DNA of 60,371 nt, counting the filler. It is 7 parts of 7 records of this genome, joined end to end, with 100 filler letters (N's around TTAATTAATTAA, not from the genome) between each part and the next. Parts side by side here need not be neighbours in the genome. Positions count along the whole stretch, not along the records: positions 1 to 7,180 come from SRR31156797_15923; positions 7,281 to 16,173 come from SRR31156797_15928; 5 more parts are not named here. One strand, 5' to 3'. The position numbers and the translations under genes were made by a program. Of the stretch, positions 1 to 9,541 are shown in pieces. The stretch's first letter is position 1. Each line of letters opens with the position of its first letter. The notes below the pieces were generated by a model. The model saw only the letters and a list, made by a program, of their open reading frames with translations, was not told the origin of the DNA and searched no databases.

Positions 1-347
1 TGAACCCTGATACCCATTACCTGATCGCCTGCTGTAGCGAAGTTGTTGACATCGTTCTGCACGGGAACGCCCAGAACATAGGAAAGAGAGTTGTTTACGA
101 TGGTCTGTGAGGAAGAGGTCAGCTTTACTTCCCAGTTTTTTACCAGCAAAGATGTCTGCATAGCCGCTCTTTCTTCTTCAGTATACCGTGTTCCGGCAAC
201 TGTGCTGTAATCCATCAGCGTAGCCTGGTTCTCTCCCTGGTAGTCGTCAATAAGATCAGAGAAGTTAATTAAAACTTTCTCTTCAGCAAATACTGAGCCA
301 GTCAGGAAAAGAACCATCAAAAGCATGAGAGAGAAGAACCGTTTCAT
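1..347 (-). CDS. flaA: Flagellar filament outer-layer (sheath) protein FlaA, 3'-truncated; missing from the ORF track
   Basis: Manual translation from the ATG at 347 (RBS AAAGGAG): MKRFFSLMLLMVLFLTGSVFAEEKVLINFSDL...QTSLLVKNWEVKLTSSS...VMGIRV. Signal peptide plus motifs typical of spirochete FlaA. Confidence 0.85.
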   Translation of the reverse strand, partial: MKRFFSLMLLMVLFLTGSVFAEEKVLINFSDLIDDYQGENQATLMDYSTVAGTRYTEEERAAMQTSLLVKNWEVKLTSSSQTIVNNSLSYVLGVPVQNDVNNFATAGDQVMGIRV

Positions 348-444
348 TCATAGCTCCTTTAAAATTCAATTCTTATTTATTTATAAATCAAAATTATACG
401 AATGCAGATATGTTTGTCAACGATTTAAATTTTTTTTTGCTCAT

Positions 445-930
445 TCAGGAGCTCTCCTCGTCCGATAGGTAGAAAAAATCAGATCCCGGCACCTGCCCCT
501 CCACTGTGACGACGATTTCCTTTATACCGGGGAAATTAAAGAAAATGTTCTCTCTCAGATAGCCCATCTTCTCATCCGGATTCAGGGGAATCCGGGCGGA
601 CTCGTCCGTAAAATGCCTGTTGAAGTCAATATAGAGGGTCTGGCCGCTGTGGACCATGGACTTCATTTTCGTGCCCACAGGGATAAAGGGATTGAGCTTG
701 AGCTCCACAGGCCCGAGGATCAGCTCGGACACGAATCGCCTGATCCGGAGCTCCTCCCCTCTCAGGCGGTGTACCATGCGGATCTCTGCGTTTTTCCCGC
801 TTTGACTGTCCAGAGGAAAGAACATAACGTATGAATTGCGACCATGATTAAGATTGAGGAGCAGGATCACGCTCAATAGGCTGAGCAGGATAAGGGCAAC
901 GGGAGCATAGGGAAGGAAACGTTTCATCAT
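445..930 (-). CDS. GerMN-domain membrane protein
   Basis: N-terminal TM helix; ELILGP...LYIDFN...IKEIVVTVEG pattern of GerMN; sits downstream of an amidase. Confidence 0.7.
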   Translation of the reverse strand: MMKRFLPYAPVALILLSLLSVILLLNLNHGRNSYVMFFPLDSQSGKNAEIRMVHRLRGEELRIRRFVSELILGPVELKLNPFIPVGTKMKSMVHSGQTLYIDFNRHFTDESARIPLNPDEKMGYLRENIFFNFPGIKEIVVTVEGQVPGSDFFYLSDEESS

Positions 931-1937
931 TCATCATACCTGTTTTCAAAAAAATCTACGAAATTGACGATGCCATTATAGATGCCATCATTTATTCTCT
1001 TCAAGTATTCGGGGCGGCGCAACAGAGCGGTTTCTTCCTCGTTACTGATAAATCCCGATTCGATCAGTACGGAAGCCATCATGGCGTTTCTGACGACGAA
1101 CCAGGACTCCTCCTTGAGCCCTCTGTTAAGGGCGGGATCGTCCAGGCGCTTTTCCAGCTCGTCCAGTATGTACCCGGCGAGCTTTCTGCTCTCCAGGGTG
1201 AACTCCTCCTCCATGAGCGTATTGAGCACCGGCTGGATATCATCGTCACCGTCTCCTACGATCTGCCTCCGATAGTCTTCTGGAAGATACCAGACCTCAT
1301 AGCCGCGGGCCCTGGTATTGAGGCTGGCATTGCCGTGAAGGGAGATGTAGATGATCCCCTCTCCTGGGCCCGGCTTATAGCTGTTGGCCAGCTCGACTCT
1401 CTCCTCCAGAGTCGGATAGATATCGCTTCTCCTGGTCAGGAGTATCTCCTTGTTGGGGTAGCGGCTCTTCAGCATCCGTTCCAGTGCGAGGGCCTGGTCC
1501 AGGACCATGTTCTTTTCCTTGAACGCCACGGTGACGCCGTCCACCTCATAGCGGCTGCTTGTACCGGCGTCTCTTCCGCCGTGTCCCGGATCCAGTATAA
1601 TGGCGGCGACCCTGAAGGGGGGCGAGGCGTTGACGGGCTCTCTGTTCTGAAAGAACCGGCTTATCCTGTCCGCCGTATCCTCCGAGAACCGGAGCTGTCC
1701 GTTCTCATAGACCACCGCCGCATCATAGACGAGATCCTCTCCGTTGAAGAGAAGCAGGTGTTCGTCTGCGAAGAAGGTAACGCTGTCGCGCCCCTTTATA
1801 AGGATTCCCTTTCTGGTGAGGGGCTCCCAGAGCAGCCTGGCTCCGGTCCGGTCTGTCAGAGCCCTGTGGTCCAGAGTCTGGGCCGCCAGGCCCGAGGATA
1901 TGAATATAAGTATAAAAACGAACTTACAGGTCCTCAT
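927..1937 (-). CDS. N-acetylmuramoyl-L-alanine amidase (Amidase_3)
   Basis: IILDPGHGGRD, EK, ISLHGNA and SVLIESGFISN zinc-amidase motifs; signal peptide from the ATG at 1937. Confidence 0.92.
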   Translation of the reverse strand: MRTCKFVFILIFISSGLAAQTLDHRALTDRTGARLLWEPLTRKGILIKGRDSVTFFADEHLLLFNGEDLVYDAAVVYENGQLRFSEDTADRISRFFQNREPVNASPPFRVAAIILDPGHGGRDAGTSSRYEVDGVTVAFKEKNMVLDQALALERMLKSRYPNKEILLTRRSDIYPTLEERVELANSYKPGPGEGIIYISLHGNASLNTRARGYEVWYLPEDYRRQIVGDGDDDIQPVLNTLMEEEFTLESRKLAGYILDELEKRLDDPALNRGLKEESWFVVRNAMMASVLIESGFISNEEETALLRRPEYLKRINDGIYNGIVNFVDFFENRYDE

Positions 1938-3492
1938 TATTCCTTTTAATATACCACAAGGCTCCCTGGATGCCCCCCCTGAGAAGGGCGTGCCAGAAGT
2001 GTTTGGCGAAGAGGGTCCACTCCCCGTCTCCCTTCTCATCCTTCGTCTTCAGGGCGGGCAAGAGCTCCATACACTCTCCGACGGCCCGTTCCAGGCTCAA
2101 CAGGTTCCAGTCCTTTCGCTCCATCAGGGCAGCGGGAGGAAGGGGGACGGCGCCTTCGTTGTACCGCATACCGTAATCCGGTTGGAATCCTTCGAGGTTT
2201 TTCAGTTCGGCCCACCCGGAAAGGTCGTAAGCCGAAGGCGGGAACTCGCTGTCCAGGGGAGAGCTGAGGAAGGAGAGCGTTTCCTCCTCATCATCCTCCA
2301 GATCGATCCGGATGAGACTGACCGCGGCTGCGGAGGCCTCAAGGGCGGTCTCCCGGTCTCCGGCCACGGCGATGACGTTACCGCTTTTCATGACATTATT
2401 CCTGGGAAACTCAACCCTGTCGCCACAGTCTGCCAGCAGAAAAAGGTCCCTTACATGAGGAAGATCGTGGGCCTCCTCGAGGTTCCTGATCTCGCGTATG
2501 CGGCCGGGAATGGAGAGGAAGGCCCGCTCGGAAGAGCTATTCTTCTCCGGTTCATCCAGAGAGCCGGGGTCCATGCCCATGGCCAGGCGCATACCCTTCT
2601 CCACAAGGTTGACCCCTGAGGCATAGGGATAGGTCCAGCCGGACATATAGCCTCCGGAGAGACGGGCGGCGATCTCGCCGATCATGACGCCCCGGGAGCC
2701 AAGCTTCACATCCCCTTTTGCCGATCCCAGCGTGATGCCCAGGGCCCTGACCGCCTCCCTGAAGACCCTGAAGATCTCCGCCTCCGTTTCGGCGCCCACC
2801 GCCGAGGGAAGGGTATGCCCCATCTCGATAAAGCAGGGAGGATAGTAGATATGTCGGTCCGCGAATCCGGTGATATGGATCTCGCCGTCATAGACGATGG
2901 AATCGATGCTGAACTCGTCTCCGTCCATATACTCTTCGATGATGGCCCGGCCCGTACGGGAGTATTTTACGGCCTCCTGCACGGCCTCTTCCAGCTCGGA
3001 CCTGTCTGCCGCCGTGATGACGCCGCGCCCACCCATATTGTCCACAGGCTTGACCACCAGGGGATAGTTGAGACGGCCGGCCTCTTTGTCCAGATCCATC
3101 TCGGGAGAATATTCACAGAAATCGGGGCAGGGCACGCCGGCCTCCCTGAAACGGGAGCGCATGCGGTACTTGTCCGTACAGTCCAGGGCGGTCTGATAGG
3201 GGATTCCCGGGAGGTTCAGCTTCTCGGCGATCCAGGCCACGGACGCTGAGAAATCGGTTCCGCAGGTGAAAACACCCTTCAGCTCGATCCTGTCTTTCAG
3301 ATCCTCAGCCGCCTCGGCAAGCCCCACCCGGTCTTTCAGGTCAATATTAAGAAAGAGGTCGGCCCTGCTCCGGCAGGGGGCGTCCGGATTGCCGTCGGCT
3401 CCCACAGCGTACCAGCCGTTCTTCGCGGCGGCCTCGTAGGCCGGGAGCTGCATTATGCCGGCTCCGAGAATCAAAATACCCTTCTGTTTCAT
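1924..3492 (-). CDS. ATP-grasp domain ligase
   Basis: ILILGAGIMQ, DKYRMR, VVKPVDNMGGRGV, IIEEYMDGDEFSID, EIAARLSGG. Confidence 0.88.
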   Translation of the reverse strand: MKQKGILILGAGIMQLPAYEAAAKNGWYAVGADGNPDAPCRSRADLFLNIDLKDRVGLAEAAEDLKDRIELKGVFTCGTDFSASVAWIAEKLNLPGIPYQTALDCTDKYRMRSRFREAGVPCPDFCEYSPEMDLDKEAGRLNYPLVVKPVDNMGGRGVITAADRSELEEAVQEAVKYSRTGRAIIEEYMDGDEFSIDSIVYDGEIHITGFADRHIYYPPCFIEMGHTLPSAVGAETEAEIFRVFREAVRALGITLGSAKGDVKLGSRGVMIGEIAARLSGGYMSGWTYPYASGVNLVEKGMRLAMGMDPGSLDEPEKNSSSERAFLSIPGRIREIRNLEEAHDLPHVRDLFLLADCGDRVEFPRNNVMKSGNVIAVAGDRETALEASAAAVSLIRIDLEDDEEETLSFLSSPLDSEFPPSAYDLSGWAELKNLEGFQPDYGMRYNEGAVPLPPAALMERKDWNLLSLERAVGECMELLPALKTKDEKGDGEWTLFAKHFWHALLRGGIQGALWYIKRNNEDL

Positions 3493-5216
3493 GTCTTATC
3501 CCTTGTGGCGTAGATTTCGATACTGTCTCCCAGACCGAAGAGCCTGCTGAGACCCGCCCTCAGAGAGAACGGAAGGAGCAGACAGAGCAGCCGGGGAAAG
3601 CGTTCGGGATGATGTCCCGTGCTTCTGAAACGGATCCTGCTGAACCCGTAGCGCCTGAGTATACGGCGAGCGGAGGCTCTGGTCCAGACGCTGTAGTGAT
3701 CCTCCGGGCTGCGCCGAAGAAAATCCTCCTCATCCTTCAGACCGCTGATCCCCCTCCCGCAGGGGGTGGCGAGGCAGAGCATGCCCCCCGGATTCAGCAT
3801 CCGGAAGACACGGGGCAGAACCTCGTCAAGCCGCTGCATATGCTCGATAACGTACCAGAAGGTAACGACGTCGAAGGGATCGCTGAACACAGCTTCGCAG
3901 GAAGGCTCTTCAATACTCCCCTGCTTCGCGCAGATCCCGGGGAATGTGCGGTTCACATAGTCGACCGCCTCCGCTGCGATCTCCAGCCCGAAGGCCTGGA
4001 ATCCCGCATCCCGGGCCTCCCTCAGGAACGGACCGTAGGCGCAGCCGATATCCAGAAGCCGCCCCCTCCTCTTTCCCAGGCGGGCCATAGCGTTGAGGCG
4101 CTGCCGTCCCATGGCCGCTATGCCTTCGAAGTCCTCTATATAGGTCTTACCGTACTGGGACTTATATTCGGAGAAGAAGTAGTCCTCCGTGTAGATCTCA
4201 TCCTTCCTGCGGAACTGAACCATATAGAGCATGGAACACTCCCCGCAGCGGAAGTAGCTTTTGTTCTCGAAGCGCCGGACCGCCCGCCTCTCCCCGCTGC
4301 CGCAGGCCGGGCAGGCGTCACGGGAAATCGTCATTCCTTTGAGCCACTCTGGGAAACTCCCGCGACCGGGACGATAGCGGCGGAACTGTTCCCGTCCGAG
4401 CTCTCTAACGCGCTCCGGCGCCCCGAGGAAATAAGCGACCTCCCGCGCCAGAGAAGCCTCTCTCCTCTTCCAGGCTCCGGGCATAAACGAAAGCCCCGCG
4501 CTCCGGCTGAGCCTGTCGTGATAAGCCGTGGGATTCAGGAGCAGGACCGGAACCTCCGAGGCGAGCGCCTCGAATGCGGTCAGGCCGTAGCTGCAGATGA
4601 CCAGATCGTAGCCGGGAATGATCGACCTCAGCTCGGGCACTGAGCCGCTGATGCGGACTGTGCCCTCCGAGGATGACCTGATCCTATCCGAAACGATATG
4701 CCAGTTCCAGGGGGAGCTCCAGCCTCCCTCTCTGAGGAGGGCGCCCAGGAGCGCTGCCGCCAGCCCCGCGGGATCCTCTCCGCCGAAGCTGACCAGTATT
4801 TTCCTGATCCCGTCCCCCCGGCGCGTCCTTTCGGGTGTGTTCATAAAAGAGAGAGCCTGGAGGTTGGGAGGAAGACCGGGCCTGTCACCGGGTATGATAT
4901 CGACGGTATAGGACGCCCTCCCCCGAAGGGAACCGGCCTCATCAAGGGCGACCAGGGGAACGGCATTTAATTCTTCGGGTACCGCGTCGGTCTCTCTGTT
5001 GTCCAGCACCAGGAGTTCCCAGTCTCCCGACGGGCTGTCGTGCCAGACCACGTCGTCCCTGCCGACGAAGCGCTCGTCCGTCTCAAGCCCTCTGTCGGGG
5101 GCGTAGATATGGATTATTCCCAGCTCGCCGCCCCAGTCGAGGCAGCGTCTCAGATGGCCTGTACCGTTTCCCCTGCGGGTGGAGGGGATGAAGAGGATTT
5201 TGTCGGGATCGATCAT
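3489..5216 (-). CDS. SpsG/PseG-like GT-B domain fused to a Zn-ribbon class I SAM methyltransferase
   Basis: N-terminal GNGTGHLRRC and ILVSFGGED (PseG/SpsG-like); CPAC...CGEC ribbon; LLDIGCAYG SAM motif; VIEH. Confidence 0.8.
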   Translation of the reverse strand: MIDPDKILFIPSTRRGNGTGHLRRCLDWGGELGIIHIYAPDRGLETDERFVGRDDVVWHDSPSGDWELLVLDNRETDAVPEELNAVPLVALDEAGSLRGRASYTVDIIPGDRPGLPPNLQALSFMNTPERTRRGDGIRKILVSFGGEDPAGLAAALLGALLREGGWSSPWNWHIVSDRIRSSSEGTVRISGSVPELRSIIPGYDLVICSYGLTAFEALASEVPVLLLNPTAYHDRLSRSAGLSFMPGAWKRREASLAREVAYFLGAPERVRELGREQFRRYRPGRGSFPEWLKGMTISRDACPACGSGERRAVRRFENKSYFRCGECSMLYMVQFRRKDEIYTEDYFFSEYKSQYGKTYIEDFEGIAAMGRQRLNAMARLGKRRGRLLDIGCAYGPFLREARDAGFQAFGLEIAAEAVDYVNRTFPGICAKQGSIEEPSCEAVFSDPFDVVTFWYVIEHMQRLDEVLPRVFRMLNPGGMLCLATPCGRGISGLKDEEDFLRRSPEDHYSVWTRASARRILRRYGFSRIRFRSTGHHPERFPRLLCLLLPFSLRAGLSRLFGLGDSIEIYATRDKT

Positions 5217-5878
5217 GATTTGAGAAGGTATTCCTTTAGGGTGTTGAATTCGACGGGCTCCCCCGCATACAGATCATCAAATATCTTTCTGATCCTGAGG
5301 AAGTCCCCTTCCGTGTCCAAGGTCACTCTGTGCTCTTCCATGGGAGGACTGTTCTGCAGATACCGGAGGACGAACTCCTCCGGATGCCTGTAGATATAGG
5401 GCGTGACATGCTCATGGTCGTAGGGATCGGACGACCTGGCATAGGCCTTCTCAAGAGCCTCCCGCCTGAAGATCTCCACACCGCAGCCCAGGGGAAGCCC
5501 CTTCATGGCGGCGTAGTCGCAGCCGGGGTCCTTTGAAATTAGCTCCAGAACCTCACGGGCGGGCTCTATGGCGACCAGAGGATTGTCGCCGGTGGCCCGG
5601 ATGATCAGCTCCGGTTCATAGAGACGGCCGGCCCGGATAAAGCGGTCGAGCACGTCGTCCCTGTCCCCTGCGAAGATCTCGAAGCCACAGGCCTCCGCAT
5701 AGGGACGGAGGATGGATTCGTCTCCCCGTGCGGTAACGAGAACATGATGATCCAGATCCAGAGTCTTGAGCGCCCTCATGGCATGCTCGGCGAGAACATG
5801 ACCGGCAAAGGGCTTGAGGGCCTTCCGGGGAAGGCGCGTGGAGTCCAGTCTTACCTGGAGGAATAGGGCCGTCTTCAT
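5213..5878 (-). CDS. SpsF-like cytidylyltransferase (CTP_transf_3)
   Basis: LQVRLDSTRLPRKAL, DVLDRF, IRATGDNP, EHVTPYIY, RVTLDTEGD. Confidence 0.88.
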   Translation of the reverse strand: MKTALFLQVRLDSTRLPRKALKPFAGHVLAEHAMRALKTLDLDHHVLVTARGDESILRPYAEACGFEIFAGDRDDVLDRFIRAGRLYEPELIIRATGDNPLVAIEPAREVLELISKDPGCDYAAMKGLPLGCGVEIFRREALEKAYARSSDPYDHEHVTPYIYRHPEEFVLRYLQNSPPMEEHRVTLDTEGDFLRIRKIFDDLYAGEPVEFNTLKEYLLKS

Positions 5879-6813
5879 TCCAGCTCCCACAGTTCGGTCA
5901 GGCTGTAGGGATCCATGCGGAAACGATACCTGTTTCTCCTTACCCATGCGATGGCGTCGCGATAATCCCTCATCGAGTGGAAGAGGGAGAGACCCGACTG
6001 GAAATGAAAACTGAGAATCCGGGAGAAAGGCAGCCTGCAGGAATCGCCTTTAAACTGAAGGGCCAGGTTCTTCAGGAAGAAGCGGCCGTAAGACGGATCG
6101 ATGGAGCTGTCCTCCCTGGGTATATCGTTGAGGTAGGCGATCTTGATGCCCGTATAGCAAAGAACGTCCTCGCCCCACAGAAAGGCACGCATTCCGAAGT
6201 CCAGCTTCTGCCAGTAGGCCGAACTGATGGCTGGATCATAGCCCTCGGAAAGGAGGAATTTTTTCCTGTTGTAAATGCCGCAGTAATCGAAGGGATAGAG
6301 GGTGGGCGTCCCGTTCTTCACAGCCCCCAGGGGCACGACCTCAAGCTTTCTGTTTGAAAACAGAGGAGCCAGGCGTATGGGAATGGACTCCTTCCTCGAG
6401 TTCATAAGCACGGGGATGCTGCAGATCGCCGACTGCTTCGCAGCCATATCGAAGAGCCTGCCCGTCTTTCCGACTATCTGCAGTTCCATATCGTCCCACA
6501 TCACCAGGATATGGGAACCGGAGGCCTCTCTTACGGCGATATTGATCTGCTCACCCGTCGTCATAGGGCTATGGGTGCTGATGCATTTGACCCCGCCCTC
6601 GGGAAAAGAACCGTCGGGACCGCAAGATTGCTCTTCGATGGAAAGAATCTCCCGGACCTTGAGATTCCTCAGTTTTCGGATCTGCTCCCTGCGGAAGGGC
6701 TTGCCCCCCCTGCTGAGAAGGACCACGGAGATACCGTCAAAGCCGCCATGTCCCAAATCACCGGAGCTGAGTACTGTATAACCAGGGTCAGAAGTTAAAG
6801 CTGTAGTATTCAT
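5875..6813 (-). CDS. Conserved spirochete hypothetical protein, GT2-like fold
   Basis: GEQINIAVREAS...ILVMWDD, GYDPAISSAYWQKLDFGMRAFLWG; overlaps both neighbours, consistent with an operon. Confidence 0.6.
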   Translation of the reverse strand: MNTTALTSDPGYTVLSSGDLGHGGFDGISVVLLSRGGKPFRREQIRKLRNLKVREILSIEEQSCGPDGSFPEGGVKCISTHSPMTTGEQINIAVREASGSHILVMWDDMELQIVGKTGRLFDMAAKQSAICSIPVLMNSRKESIPIRLAPLFSNRKLEVVPLGAVKNGTPTLYPFDYCGIYNRKKFLLSEGYDPAISSAYWQKLDFGMRAFLWGEDVLCYTGIKIAYLNDIPREDSSIDPSYGRFFLKNLALQFKGDSCRLPFSRILSFHFQSGLSLFHSMRDYRDAIAWVRRNRYRFRMDPYSLTELWELE

Positions 6814-7180
6814 CACATCCTGCGCAAAGCTCGTTGTATTCGTCGTTTATATGCTCGTCAAATCGAGGTCTTCCCCTTTTCCATATCTCTTCCGGAGATT
6901 CGTCGAAGCAGCTGCCCAGGGATTGGCTTTTCCGGAAATCCTCCTGACAGAGGACGGCCGTTCCGTCCAGGGCTATGCACAGTTCCCGCTTCAAATGCCA
7001 GCAGGGGAATCTGTTCAACGGGGATAGATCCGTTACCTTCCTGTCTGGAAGGGCGCCGCAGAAATAGTCGTACTTCTGTATGATCACGTTCTCTGTTTTA
7101 TCCTTCCAATGCCGGTAGAACTCTTCCAGATCCTCTTCATTCTCTTTCATCCGCACAGCCTGTACCCATGTGCGGGACGG
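6788..7180 (-). CDS. Spiro-SPASM protein, C-terminal SPASM domain (5'-truncated)
   Basis: PLNRFPCWHLKR...DGTAVLCQED...LCAGCDEYYSFNF SPASM cysteine pattern; spirochete context. Confidence 0.8.
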   Translation of the reverse strand, partial: PSRTWVQAVRMKENEEDLEEFYRHWKDKTENVIIQKYDYFCGALPDRKVTDLSPLNRFPCWHLKRELCIALDGTAVLCQEDFRKSQSLGSCFDESPEEIWKRGRPRFDEHINDEYNELCAGCDEYYSFNF

Positions 7181-7280
7181 NNNNNNNNNNNNNNNNNNNN
7201 NNNNNNNNNNNNNNNNNNNNNNNNTTAATTAATTAANNNNNNNNNNNNNNNNNNNNNNNNNNNNNNNNNNNNNNNNNNNN
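7181..7280. other. Artificial contig spacer (N run containing TTAATTAATTAA)
   Basis: The same 100-nt structure recurs at 16174-16273, 29863-29962, 37800-37899, 45408-45507 and 52066-52165; composition and gene content change at the junctions. Confidence 0.99.
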
Positions 7281-7313
7281 TCTCTTAGTTCACTCTTCTC
7301 TCTCAACTTTATC

Positions 7314-7397
7314 CTTTGTCCTTTTATCTTTTATCCTTTTTACTTTGTCCTTTTATCTTTTATCTTTTCACTTTGTCCTTTTATCTTTAATCTTTTG
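7314..7397. repeat. Three tandem ~28-bp copies of CTTTGTCCTTTTATCTTT(T/A)ATC
   Basis: Copies start at 7314, 7343 and 7371; internal 7-bp periodicity; the third copy lies inside the phoH 3' end. Confidence 0.85.
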
Positions 7398-8345
7398 CCC
7401 CTCTTCTCGATCTTTCTGATACGCCAACACAATCTCCTTCACCAACCTGTGACGTACGATATCATTCTCATCCAAATAAACAGTACTTACCCCTTTAATG
7501 TTTTTTAATAAACGCACGCCGTGCAACAATCCACTCTCCATGCGACCCGGTAAGTCAATTTGCGTTACATCACCGGTTATCAGCATCTTAGAGTACTCAC
7601 CCATCCTTGTCAAGAACATTTTTAACTGACTTACAGTGGTGTTTTGAGCCTCATCCAAAATCACAAAAGCATGGTCAAGTGTGCGTCCGCGCATAAATGC
7701 TAAAGGTGCAATATGTACGGTTCCATCTTCGAGATAGGATTCCAGTTTTTTCGGAGGTAACATATCATTCAACGCATCATACAACGGTTGCAAGTAAGGG
7801 TCAATTTTTTCTTTCAAATCGCCGGGCAAAAATCCAAGGTTCTCACCTGCTTCAACAGCCGGGCGACTTAAAATAATGCGTTTTACCTCCTTATTTTTTA
7901 AAGCCCGCACAGCCATGGCAATGGCCGTGTACGTTTTACCTGATCCAGCAGGTCCAATGGCAAATACCAAATCGTTACAATTAACGGTTTGCACCATTTT
8001 GCGCTGATTTTTAGTGCGTGCAGTAATCGGTTTTCCATTACGGCCAAAAACCAATACATCGTTTTTGCCTTGTAATTCTTTTTCGTTTGGAACGTACTCA
8101 TTCACCATCATGGAAATATCATCGGGTGTGAGTTTTCCATGTTTATTGAAAAAATCAATGAACTCCTGCAATTTTTCCTCAAAATATGCAATCTCATCCT
8201 CTTCGCCCATCACTTTTATGACATCACCCCTGGCAATTATCCGCATTTTGGGAAATAATTCCCTGATAACCTCCATTTTATTATCATTAACTCCATACAA
8301 GTCAATCAGTTCGATGTCATTTATTTCAATTGATTTTTCTATCAT
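7368..8345 (-). CDS. phoH: PhoH family ATPase
   Basis: GPAGSGKT, LSRPAVEAGENLGFLPG, LAFMRGRTL, ILDEAQN, VRHRLV. Confidence 0.95.
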   Translation of the reverse strand: MIEKSIEINDIELIDLYGVNDNKMEVIRELFPKMRIIARGDVIKVMGEEDEIAYFEEKLQEFIDFFNKHGKLTPDDISMMVNEYVPNEKELQGKNDVLVFGRNGKPITARTKNQRKMVQTVNCNDLVFAIGPAGSGKTYTAIAMAVRALKNKEVKRIILSRPAVEAGENLGFLPGDLKEKIDPYLQPLYDALNDMLPPKKLESYLEDGTVHIAPLAFMRGRTLDHAFVILDEAQNTTVSQLKMFLTRMGEYSKMLITGDVTQIDLPGRMESGLLHGVRLLKNIKGVSTVYLDENDIVRHRLVKEIVLAYQKDREEGQKIKDKRTK

Positions 8346-8368
8346 ATACTTTCGTCAGTAAATATTAC

Positions 8369-8390
8369 TAATTTTGATGCAACAAAAATA
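8369..8390. promoter_or_regulatory. Divergent Bacteroidota -7 promoter elements (TAnnTTTG)
   Basis: TAATTTTG at 8369-8376 (+) and TATTTTTG at 8383-8390 (-), between divergent genes. Confidence 0.5.
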
Positions 8391-8444
8391 ATTAATTTTT
8401 ACAGCCTTTTGGCAATTTTATAATATTCCTGAACACGAAATTCG

Positions 8445-9218
8445 ATGCAAAGCATAACTTTCATCACTGACTGGAAAAGAAGCGATTACTATCTGGGAGC
8501 ATTGAAAGGGCGCATTATATCTACTTGCAATACCTTACCTGCTTTTGTGGATATATCGCACCAAATTGCATTGCATCAATACCAGGAAGCTGCTTTTGTT
8601 TTACGAAACAGTTATCATCACTTTCCTGAAGATAGCATTCACATTGTCACAGTGAATAACAGAAATGAAAATCCTGTACCCTATGTAGCCGTAAAATTCA
8701 ATAATCACTATTTCATTTCACCAGATTCAGGTGTAATTAATCTATTGGTGCAAAATGAACCATACGAAGCAGTTCTAATTAAGCCTGCAGAAGATTATCA
8801 ACCTACATTCCCTTCACTCAGCTATGCTCCAAAAGCCATTTGCCATATAGTCAATAATAAAACCATCAAAGGTTTAGGTGATCCGTTTAATTTGAAAGAG
8901 ATACGATATTTAAGACCACAAACTGAGAGTAATCAAATCACCGGTATCATCACACATATAGACAGTTACGGCAATATCATCACTAACATAACACAAAAAT
9001 TATTTGAAGAAGCACGCAAAAACCGTAACTTCTCAATTTTAATAAAAGGTAAACCTCAAGGCATTGAAAAATTGCATGAAGGATACAATGAAAACGTCAA
9101 CGAACTCATTGCAGTTATTAATAGTGCCGGGTTACTTGAAATTGCGCATATGAACTATCCTGCTTTTAAATCGTTAGGTTTGAGAGTTGGGGATAGAATT
9201 AAAATATCATTCACATGA
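8445..9218 (+). CDS. SAM hydroxide adenosyltransferase / chlorinase-fluorinase family (DUF62)
   Basis: ITFITDW, VDISHQI, HFPEDSIHIVTV, PDSG, PTFP, HIDSYGNIITNI, NSAGLLEIA. Confidence 0.88.
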   Translation: MQSITFITDWKRSDYYLGALKGRIISTCNTLPAFVDISHQIALHQYQEAAFVLRNSYHHFPEDSIHIVTVNNRNENPVPYVAVKFNNHYFISPDSGVINLLVQNEPYEAVLIKPAEDYQPTFPSLSYAPKAICHIVNNKTIKGLGDPFNLKEIRYLRPQTESNQITGIITHIDSYGNIITNITQKLFEEARKNRNFSILIKGKPQGIEKLHEGYNENVNELIAVINSAGLLEIAHMNYPAFKSLGLRVGDRIKISFT

Positions 9219-9541
9219 TCACACGCATAACTAAATTTCAAATGAATCCTGAATTGCAGGGACAGTTTTCAGAATTCATGAAACAATTCAAGGATGAATT
9301 AAATTCAGCCGAGGGCTGTAAACATTTTGATGTACTTCAGGATAAAGAGTCGGAACATACCATGTTTATGTTCATGATATGGGAAGATGATGAAATGTTA
9401 GAGCAATTCCGTAAATCAGAACTCAATAAAATTCTCAAAAATAAAATAGAAAGTGTAAGCAAAGATGATCCGGTGAGCTGGACAGTTGAAACTGTTTTTG
9501 ATCCGGAAGAGCTTAAACAACAAAAATCCCTATTCGACTAA
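9215..9541 (+). CDS. Antibiotic biosynthesis monooxygenase (ABM) family protein
   Basis: 108 aa; EGCKHFDVLQD...WEDDEMLEQFRKSE pattern; typical position next to mazG. Confidence 0.75.
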   Translation: MITRITKFQMNPELQGQFSEFMKQFKDELNSAEGCKHFDVLQDKESEHTMFMFMIWEDDEMLEQFRKSELNKILKNKIESVSKDDPVSWTVETVFDPEELKQQKSLFD

